From: a virus
Lineage: Duplodnaviria > Heunggongvirae > Uroviricota > Caudoviricetes
Virus record (IMG/VR): IMGVR_UViG_3300013104_000003
Span: 1 to 26,955 of that record
DNA: 26,955 bases
Direction: 5' to 3' (one strand)
In this document: piece by piece, positions 7,870-13,855 of the stretch
Position numbering within the stretch: the stretch's first letter is position 1
Layout: each line of letters begins with the position of its first letter
The notes under the pieces: generated by a model
What the model was told of the DNA's origin: nothing
What the model saw: only the letters and a program-made list of their open reading frames with translations
The model's database searches: none
Made by a program: the position numbers and the translations under genes

Positions 7870-8211
7870 CTTTATGCAAAAATTCATAATTTAATATTTC
7901 TTAAATACACTCTAATACAGAATATCTGTGTTCACTACGTGAGGAATGTATTTAAGAAAGCTCACCTGAAATCGTTAGGAGAGGAACGACCAGATGGGCA
8001 AATAACCAAACAACCCGAGGAGAGAGAGAGGAAGAAAGATTGTTTGGTTGAGGAGCACATACCCTATGTTATCGGAGGATTTTACTTATGGTATGTGTGG
8101 AGAAATTGGTATTCCCTTGTCTCACCCTACAGCAACAAACACATGGAAATTGCTGGGGGATATTTGCTACGCAAATGCACATCACCAAGGGAAATCTTTT
8201 TAACACCAAAC
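7870..8211 (-). ncRNA. Putative structured RNA/leader (B) with CU-rich loops
   Basis: Five helical domains with 8-12 bp stems; loops and linkers carry UCC/UCCUC; starts just downstream of a consensus promoter. Confidence 0.6.
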
Positions 8212-8217
8212 AGAGAT

Positions 8218-8247
8218 AGTATAACATCCATATATCTATTTTGTCAA
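8218..8247 (-). promoter_or_regulatory. Sigma70-like promoter TTGACA-N18-TATACT with extended -10 (TG)
   Basis: Read directly: ttgacaaaatagatatatggatgttatact. Confidence 0.8.
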
Positions 8248-8274
8248 TAGATATTCACAATTGAATCAATATTT

Positions 8275-8805
8275 CTAATCAAAATACGAATATTCTTCTT
8301 GAAGCTCTGATAATTGATCCATAACTTGATTGTAGCGCATCTTAGACATAAAGTCGTCTTGACAAGAATTGTACTTTTTGTTGTTGCAAGACTTGCAAAG
8401 CAACTGAAGATTTTTCACAGAATTTGAAGAAATTATTCCTACTGGTCGGATATGATCAATTTCGAAGGCTACATCATCAAAAGATACAAAACATGCTGCG
8501 CATTCATTGCTCTGAATTTCTAACAGATATCGAATGTCTTCTGGTTTGAAGTTTTCAATTTCTTCATGTCCTTGTTTTGAAAATCTAGCTTTTGCAAAAT
8601 AATTCCGCTTCTTGATCCGTTCGTCAAAATTATCTTCCGTCAGGTAAGAATTTCTTTCTTCATGCCATTCTCGAAGTCTTTTACTACGTTCGATAGATTT
8701 TGTATCGCTTTTAAACTCTTCGTTATATTCAGAGATACAGTCTTTACATCGTCCGCTGTTTGTGTGCTCTGAATAGTGACCTTTACTGCATTCTTTTAGT
8801 TCCAC
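8275..8805 (-). CDS. HNH endonuclease (Zn-binding, McrA/gp74-like)
   Basis: CAAC...EIDHIRPV...NSVKNLQLLCKSCNNKK; N-terminal C..GH...RC..C finger; GTG start with AGGTG RBS. Confidence 0.85.
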   Translation of the reverse strand: MELKECSKGHYSEHTNSGRCKDCISEYNEEFKSDTKSIERSKRLREWHEERNSYLTEDNFDERIKKRNYFAKARFSKQGHEEIENFKPEDIRYLLEIQSNECAACFVSFDDVAFEIDHIRPVGIISSNSVKNLQLLCKSCNNKKYNSCQDDFMSKMRYNQVMDQLSELQEEYSYFD

Positions 8806-8842
8806 ACTTCACCTATTTTAAATTATTGGATAGAATAGTTAT

Positions 8843-8872
8843 AAAATAACATGTAAAGTGAGAATATGTCAA
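8843..8872 (-). promoter_or_regulatory. Sigma70-like promoter TTGACA-N18-TATTTT (TG-extended)
   Basis: Duplicate of the 8218-8247 promoter; weaker -10. Confidence 0.5.
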
Positions 8873-8879
8873 TAGATAT

Positions 8880-9113
8880 TTACAAATCCCAAGAACTTTC
8901 TAACCCTTCCATCATTTTATAAAATTCATTATCAATGTAGCCATACCAAATCTTTTTTATGAAGATACAAACCTCACCTGTTGGGTGATGTGGGTCTATC
9001 TCAATATCAGAAATTTTACATTGATACTTTTTAGAAATAAATATGATTTCTTTATGGAAGTCTTGCCTCACCCTGTACCTATCATAGTCATAAGGATCTA
9101 TGTATTTGTTCAT
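8880..9113 (-). CDS. Hypothetical protein
   Basis: 77-aa ORF, AGGT RBS, fills the gap between tract A and the HNH gene. Confidence 0.65.
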   Translation of the reverse strand: MNKYIDPYDYDRYRVRQDFHKEIIFISKKYQCKISDIEIDPHHPTGEVCIFIKKIWYGYIDNEFYKMMEGLESSWDL

Positions 9114-9149
9114 TTCTTTAATTACCTATTATTTACTAATATTTAGATT

Positions 9150-9625
9150 TACACTTCCAACTGAGTTCAGATAAGAAACTTCAGATAAAGAAAAGCCTTA
9201 CCCAGCCATACAGATTTAACAATCTGCCTAAGACTGAGCACTGCTCCTTATCTGATAGCCTTATCTGCCTCTATCCGTAAAGATAGTTTCTTCCAACTTG
9301 AGACGAGATTAAGAGAATGACTTTTCAATCATTCTACGGTCTACACGGATCACATAGCCGCCTTCAGGACAATGACACTAATAACGCATTGTCTCACCAC
9401 ATAGCATATCGCACAGAGTTATTAGCTCTGTCAGGGAGGTAGTGGTTTTCAGAATACCTTGTTGACTTTCCCATCACTCACAGTCGTCAACTTATTCAGA
9501 TTGTTGCTGCCATCTCGTATAGGAAGCTTTAGCCACCACACTAACCGACCAACAATCTATATCTACTGATTCACCGTAGCCGCTAGAAATCTCGAATGTC
9601 GTTGCCGTTAGATGAGATTTCAATA
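9150..9625 (-). ncRNA. Putative large multi-domain structured RNA (A)
   Basis: At least 9 helices plus long-range 7-bp complementarities; GAAA tetraloop and G-U wobbles on the minus strand; own promoter directly upstream; no ORF. Confidence 0.65.
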
Positions 9626-9631
9626 AGGGGG

Positions 9632-9659
9632 ATTATACAGCATTATTTTCAGAATGCAA
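9632..9659 (-). promoter_or_regulatory. Sigma70-like promoter TTGCAT-N16-TATAAT
   Basis: Perfect -10; predicted start at the 5' edge of tract A. Confidence 0.7.
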
Positions 9660-9711
9660 TACTAAGATTAAAATAAAATGGCTTTATTGTTTTCTGTTCC
9701 CTTCCAACAAT

Positions 9712-9739
9712 AGTTTACAGTATTTTTCAAGGATGTCAA
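9712..9739 (-). promoter_or_regulatory. Sigma70-like promoter TTGACA-N16-TAAACT
   Basis: Consensus -35; tandem with the 9632-9659 promoter. Confidence 0.55.
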
Positions 9740-9797
9740 GCTTTATTTACACCCTCCCACAACATTATTTTATATTCCAAACAAATCTATTCACCGC

Positions 9798-9826
9798 TTG
9801 CAATGCATCCCCAACAGTGCTATCCT
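9798..9826 (+). promoter_or_regulatory. Sigma70-like early promoter TTGCAA-N17-TATCCT (TG-extended)
   Basis: Sits ahead of the first plus-strand gene; divergent from the minus-strand promoters. Confidence 0.65.
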
Positions 9827-9853
9827 TTGTACAACAAATAGGGGATGCCTCAA

Positions 9854-10009
9854 ATGCCCATCATCCACCTAGACACCTACCGTCTCCTGAAACAAATCCT
9901 TGAACAAGCAGATAAGGTTGTGATAGTGTCGGTGAACACAGAGGATGGGAAGCAAATGACATACATGTATGTGAAACGTAAGCAAATTGAGAAGGGAGAG
10001 AAGAGATGA
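9854..10009 (+). CDS. Hypothetical protein (51 aa)
   Basis: AGGGG RBS; MPIIHLDTYRLLKQILEQADKVVIVSVNTEDGKQMTYMYVKRKQIEKGEKR; ATGA overlap with the next ORF. Confidence 0.6.
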   Translation: MPIIHLDTYRLLKQILEQADKVVIVSVNTEDGKQMTYMYVKRKQIEKGEKR

Positions 10010-10296
10010 ATAGTAAATACAGTGCTGAAGATGTCTTGCTCACATTTGGTCCGCATGTAGTAACAGGCTTTGCTGATGGTAGCCTATATCAATCACCGAA
10101 GCTTTGGCACACAGCCGAGCAGCTTGAGAGTGGTAACTGGAAAGTGTCAGTTGAACACAAAGGTAATCGTACGCTGGATGTAGAGCTTTCAGATGAGAAT
10201 TACAAGAAGTACGGTATTGACAGGCTTGAACCAACGGTAGAGAATCCTTTCAAGGTCGATTATGATGATGCAGACTTGATTGAGGTGAGGAAATGA
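10006..10296 (+). CDS. Hypothetical protein; N-terminus resembles tail-tube (DUF3277-like) N-termini
   Basis: YSAEDVLLTFGPHVVTGFADGS; RBS present; ATGA overlaps. Confidence 0.7.
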   Translation: MNSKYSAEDVLLTFGPHVVTGFADGSLYQSPKLWHTAEQLESGNWKVSVEHKGNRTLDVELSDENYKKYGIDRLEPTVENPFKVDYDDADLIEVRK

Positions 10297-10511
10297 ATCA
10301 ATATGAAGAAGGTGAAACTGTTCATGTCGTAGATAACAGAACTGGCGAGGTTGAATCTTGGGAGGTTGTAAAGCAAATTGACACTTACATCTATGGTGCC
10401 CATTATTATCCAGAAGTGTACCTGCTGAAACAGACTGTCATACACGCTTATGGTGAGCCGCAGTTGATAACGGATGTTGTGAATGCTGTTAAAATGAGGA
10501 AAATAAAATGA
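10293..10511 (+). CDS. Hypothetical protein
   Basis: GAGG RBS, ATGA overlaps. Confidence 0.7.
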   Translation: MNQYEEGETVHVVDNRTGEVESWEVVKQIDTYIYGAHYYPEVYLLKQTVIHAYGEPQLITDVVNAVKMRKIK

Positions 10512-10726
10512 CTCGCGAAGAATACCTCATGGAACACCATCACATCACAGAAAGTATGATAGGGCTTATTTCTATCCAATATGGAATAGAGGATGTGCAG
10601 AAGGTTTTAGCTGAATGGAAACCGAAGCTGAAAGAGATTCAGAAGAAGCGTTACCTTGAGCTTTGTAAGGATCTTCCTGAAGAGGAAATTCAAAAGATGT
10701 TGGAAATTACGGGGCTCGACAAATGA
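10508..10726 (+). CDS. Hypothetical protein
   Basis: GAGG RBS, ATGA overlaps. Confidence 0.7.
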   Translation: MTREEYLMEHHHITESMIGLISIQYGIEDVQKVLAEWKPKLKEIQKKRYLELCKDLPEEEIQKMLEITGLDK

Positions 10727-10929
10727 CCCACACATTCCGTGACAAGGACATAGACGAAATCTTCGTCATCACTTCACCTAAAAACACCCTCCTCCACATA
10801 AGCTATCTTGGCCCAACAGAGGAGACGTTTTACACAAGGGCTGACATAGTGAGGTTGCTTGATATTATTGATGGGAAGGAAGAGGGAGTAGTGGTTGTAA
10901 AAGCCCAACCACAGGAGATTCGGAAATGA
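10723..10929 (+). CDS. Hypothetical protein
   Basis: GGGG RBS, ATGA overlaps. Confidence 0.7.
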   Translation: MTHTFRDKDIDEIFVITSPKNTLLHISYLGPTEETFYTRADIVRLLDIIDGKEEGVVVVKAQPQEIRK

Positions 10930-11093
10930 AACCAATCCAAAACACCCCAAGCTTCTGGATGGCATACTGCTCAGCCATCAAAGAATCTGTACAAAGGGAG
11001 TTGACACAGAAAGAGGTATCATTTATGATGCACATGTATATTAATAGGAAATCTATTGAAGAGTGTGTTAAGGAATTGGAGGGGATGAAATGA
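10926..11093 (+). CDS. Hypothetical protein (55 aa)
   Basis: GGAG RBS; MKPIQNTPSFWMAYCSAIKESVQRELTQKEVSFMMHMYINRKSIEECVKELEGMK; ATGA overlaps at both ends. Confidence 0.7.
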   Translation: MKPIQNTPSFWMAYCSAIKESVQRELTQKEVSFMMHMYINRKSIEECVKELEGMK

Positions 11094-11296
11094 GCACCCT
11101 ACGAATAGTTGAGCGCAAATACGGTAAACACAGAGGTTGGTATGTAATGCACCAACGAGACGTTTTGTCAGGCCCGTGGGAAGATTATAAGACAGCTAAT
11201 GAGACTAAAATGGAGTGGCAGTTTGCTACTCAGAGAGTTTTGAGTGATGCTGAAGAACAGATGAATCAAAGGATTGCTAAGAAAGGAGAGATTTAA
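11090..11296 (+). CDS. Hypothetical protein
   Basis: GGAGG RBS, ATGA overlap. Confidence 0.7.
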   Translation: MSTLRIVERKYGKHRGWYVMHQRDVLSGPWEDYKTANETKMEWQFATQRVLSDAEEQMNQRIAKKGEI

Positions 11297-11820
11297 TGAA
11301 AGAACTAATTAAGAAAGCCCTAGACTTCGCCACGAAAGCGCACGAAGGCCAGGAACGAAAATATACCGGCGAACCTTATATTATTCATCCAATTGAAGTC
11401 ATGAACATTGTAAAAACTGTTCCACATACAGATGAAATGTTGTGTGCAGCATTACTTCACGATGTTGTTGAAGATTGTGGTGTAACCTTGGAAGAAATTA
11501 GGGCAGAGTTTGGGAATGAAGTGTGTTTCATGGTTAATGATCTTACAGACTTTTCTTGCCCTGAAGATGGCAATCGAGCTAAGCGTAAAGAAATTGATAG
11601 AATCTGGATTTCGCAAGCTGAACCTCGTTCTAAAACAATCAAGCTTGCAGACCTTATCAGCAACACTAAATCAATCTGTGAACACGACAGAGACTTTGCA
11701 AAAGTGTACATCAAAGAAAAGGAATTACTTCTTGAGGTGTTGAAAGAAGGTGATCCTGTATTATACAAACAAGCCTATGATTTGATGGTGAAATGTAAGG
11801 AAGAGTTGGGGATTGTGTAG
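11296..11820 (+). CDS. HD-domain protein, RelA/SpoT-type (p)ppGpp hydrolase-like (small alarmone hydrolase/Mesh1-like)
   Basis: AHEGQERKYTGEPYIIHP, ALLHDVVED and IKLADLISN motifs. Confidence 0.85.
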   Translation: MKELIKKALDFATKAHEGQERKYTGEPYIIHPIEVMNIVKTVPHTDEMLCAALLHDVVEDCGVTLEEIRAEFGNEVCFMVNDLTDFSCPEDGNRAKRKEIDRIWISQAEPRSKTIKLADLISNTKSICEHDRDFAKVYIKEKELLLEVLKEGDPVLYKQAYDLMVKCKEELGIV

Positions 11821-11852
11821 ATAGCCTAGAAATATAACTCAATTTAGGCTAT
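11821..11852 (+). terminator. Hairpin directly after the HD gene, possible terminator
   Basis: ATAGCCTA/TAGGCTAT 8-bp inverted repeat; no strong U-tract. Confidence 0.4.
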
Positions 11853-11859
11853 AAATCAC

Positions 11860-11887
11860 TTGTTTCATCGGGAAAATGATGTATAAT
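11860..11887 (+). promoter_or_regulatory. Sigma70-like promoter TTGTTT-N16-TATAAT
   Basis: Perfect -10; shares AATGnTG-TATAAT with the 9632-9659 promoter. Confidence 0.6.
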
Positions 11888-11985
11888 TTCAACGTAAATT
11901 GAAAATAGACCCTGACGTACTGCTTATAGATGATAACGTTGTTTTAGGTGGGTAAAAACGCCTACAAAATATTTAGGAGAGAGTT

Positions 11986-12144
11986 ATGAATTTACCAGAA
12001 AATATTGACCCGGAAGTTTTTGATAAGTACAGTGAGCTAATTGAGAAGATCAAAGAAGCTGAAGAGAAGGCAACACCAATGATTATTGATATGTATGGGA
12101 AAATTGTTTGGAAAGAGGGAGATGAACCTTATGAGTTTACCTGA
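11986..12144 (+). CDS. Hypothetical protein (52 aa)
   Basis: AGGAG RBS; MNLPENIDPEVFDKYSELIEKIKEAEEKATPMIIDMYGKIVWKEGDEPYEFT. Confidence 0.7.
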   Translation: MNLPENIDPEVFDKYSELIEKIKEAEEKATPMIIDMYGKIVWKEGDEPYEFT

Positions 12145-12481
12145 ATTCACACCCCAACAACGAGAAGAAGCTCTAGAGAAATCTCGTCTGGCTAAGTTAG
12201 CTAAGAAAGAATATGCTGAGAAGCATCTCAAGCTTTCATTTGCAGACGAGCCTGTTTGGCGTGAATTGGCTCAGAATCTTGGTGTAAGACTTCCTCAACG
12301 CTTTGATACAGGTCCACGAGGTATAAAGAAAGTAGCCAAAAAGCTTGGGATTGATATTAATGATTGGGTGGAATGTACAGGATTCACAACATTGGCTGCA
12401 CTTTGTGCTGCAAACAAAACATGGCCTAGTTGGGCAATTTGTGGTTTAATGCTTGAGCACTACATGGAGAACAAACAATGA
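12131..12481 (+). CDS. Hypothetical protein, possibly DNA-binding
   Basis: Start re-called at ATG 12131 (GGAG RBS); N-terminal LPEFTPQQREEALEKSRLAK helix. Confidence 0.75.
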   Translation: MSLPEFTPQQREEALEKSRLAKLAKKEYAEKHLKLSFADEPVWRELAQNLGVRLPQRFDTGPRGIKKVAKKLGIDINDWVECTGFTTLAALCAANKTWPSWAICGLMLEHYMENKQ

Positions 12482-12654
12482 CCGAAGTTAAGAAGTCAGT
12501 TCCAGAAGCATTGAAAGATGTGCATATTTTCCTGAATCATCCGATGAAGGGTGGTCGTTTGTATACTACCTACGATAAGGAAGGTATGAAATCTGCACTT
12601 AAGGTTCTTTATGATGTAATCAGTATTTTGGAGAAACCCATTGACAACAAATGA
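12478..12654 (+). CDS. Hypothetical protein (58 aa)
   Basis: GGAG RBS, ATGA overlap; MTEVKKSVPEALKDVHIFLNHP... Confidence 0.65.
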   Translation: MTEVKKSVPEALKDVHIFLNHPMKGGRLYTTYDKEGMKSALKVLYDVISILEKPIDNK

Positions 12655-12769
12655 AAAGAAGCTCATCATTAAATCTTTGCTAGCTCTGTTCGGTAAAGTT
12701 GAGCTACAGACGCCTACTGATCGTGAGCTTATTAATGAATTGTATATTGTTTTGAGGGGTTTAGAATGA
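12641..12769 (+). CDS. Hypothetical protein (42 aa)
   Basis: GGAG RBS, TTG start; MTTNEKKLIIKSLLALFGKVEL...; ATGA overlap with the next gene. Confidence 0.55.
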   Translation: MTTNEKKLIIKSLLALFGKVELQTPTDRELINELYIVLRGLE

Positions 12770-13086
12770 AGAAAATGTACATTGCTGTTTTAAATGAAGT
12801 TCCTGATTTTATGACGCCAACTCTTGTTGCGCATAGCGTTATCAATGCTCACCGTCTGTTTGAAGGCGATGAAATTTACGATGATTGGCTGTTGAATTCT
12901 TTTAAGAAGGTTGTTGTCAGAGTGAATAGTAAAGAATTCTACAAGATAGAATCTACTTTAGAGTGCTGGAAAGGTCATGAAAATTCAACACTTGGCGGAC
13001 TTCCTAGTTGTCTTGTAGTCATGCCTGTAGAATCTGATACACTCCCAAACGTGTTGAAGTTTGCTAAGATGTGGAAGCCACTATGA
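12766..13086 (+). CDS. Peptidyl-tRNA hydrolase type 2 (PTH2)-like protein
   Basis: KMYIAV...LVAHS...W...FKKVVVRV...LVVMP pattern matches the PTH2 fold; the canonical GK..AQ motif is not conserved. Confidence 0.6.
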   Translation: MKKMYIAVLNEVPDFMTPTLVAHSVINAHRLFEGDEIYDDWLLNSFKKVVVRVNSKEFYKIESTLECWKGHENSTLGGLPSCLVVMPVESDTLPNVLKFAKMWKPL

Positions 13087-13328
13087 ACATTCAAGAAATC
13101 GAGTACATTAAAAATTTAGATAAAGAAAGTCTTAATGGAACCGTGCAAAGCGTATTGATGAACCCAAACTTGAAGGAAGCAAGCTTCACCGTAGTTCTAC
13201 GTTACCTCCTTGAGAAAACCCTTGACGAGAAAGCTGCTTTGCAAAAACTTCATGACAATTTCTTCAAAGAATTGCAGAAACATGGGTTGGTTACTAATGA
13301 ATTGCTGGGGTTGGAGGAAAAGTTATGA
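13083..13328 (+). CDS. Hypothetical protein
   Basis: Start re-called at ATG 13083 (ATGA overlap). Confidence 0.7.
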   Translation: MNIQEIEYIKNLDKESLNGTVQSVLMNPNLKEASFTVVLRYLLEKTLDEKAALQKLHDNFFKELQKHGLVTNELLGLEEKL

Positions 13329-13609
13329 GTTCAGTATTACGAGCAAGCCTGTACCAACTTTACGCAAATGATTACGCTGTACTGGACTTGTTGGATCAGA
13401 TTGAGTGGTCTGATCTTTCTAGGAAATTTGATGATGAGCTTTACAGTCGCATATCAAGAGAAGATGCTAAATTAGCTCAAGCTATGCTTGTGTCTGATGT
13501 TCTACTACGATATGATGCGGCAGTAAGCGCCGCCGCTGTAGCTTGTACAGGGAAATTAGCTGAAATTATGTCACTATTAATTATTGAACCACAGGGGAAG
13601 GCGAATTAA
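13325..13609 (+). CDS. Hypothetical protein
   Basis: GGAGG RBS, ATGA overlap. Confidence 0.7.
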   Translation: MSSVLRASLYQLYANDYAVLDLLDQIEWSDLSRKFDDELYSRISREDAKLAQAMLVSDVLLRYDAAVSAAAVACTGKLAEIMSLLIIEPQGKAN

Positions 13610-13806
13610 TGATTTCTCATTTAGATTATCTTATGAGTCTTAATCCGATTTCTAGGGAAATTTATGGGAATGATCCCGATAACAAACCAAATGATCACTG
13701 TGTTTGGAGAGATGTTGGTTATACAGTGGAGATGTTTTGTTGGGTGGAAAATGATGAACATTTCAGGGAGAGAATTAAACAATTGACGGATAGTGAGAGT
13801 GTATAG
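13609..13806 (+). CDS. Hypothetical protein
   Basis: TAATG overlap with the previous ORF. Confidence 0.65.
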   Translation: MISHLDYLMSLNPISREIYGNDPDNKPNDHCVWRDVGYTVEMFCWVENDEHFRERIKQLTDSESV

Positions 13807-13855
13807 TAGTATTGTTTTGCAAGCGGGTGATATTAACTGATTGGAGTAATTAATT

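Larger units (their letters stand above)
8242..8885. repeat. Direct repeat bracketing the HNH gene (8242-8260 and 8867-8885)
   Basis: tgtcaatagatatt(c/t)acaa, 18/19 identical, 625-bp period; ataacat also repeated at the same offset (8221, 8846). Confidence 0.85.

Noticed and set aside
7777-8250. 157-aa plus-strand ORF across RNA B
   Set aside because: Antisense to the putative terS, no convincing RBS, low-complexity EERERKK arising from the purine tract; better explained as a by-product of the structured tract.
9150-9300. CRISPR-like or retron-like reading of the CAGATAAG / GTTGGAAG repeats
   Set aside because: Repeats are short, irregularly spaced and partly inverted (helix-forming); no cas gene or reverse transcriptase in the window.
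7100-9630. tRNA or tmRNA genes in the non-coding tracts
   Set aside because: No cloverleaf with a paired T-arm or CCA end found by eye; TTCGAGA near 9590-9597 (minus strand) lacks a T-stem. tRNAscan-SE/ARAGORN would be decisive.
13785-13815. Possible promoter TTGACG-N18-TAGTAT before phoH
   Set aside because: The -10 is ambiguous and overlaps coding sequence; too weak to list as a feature.
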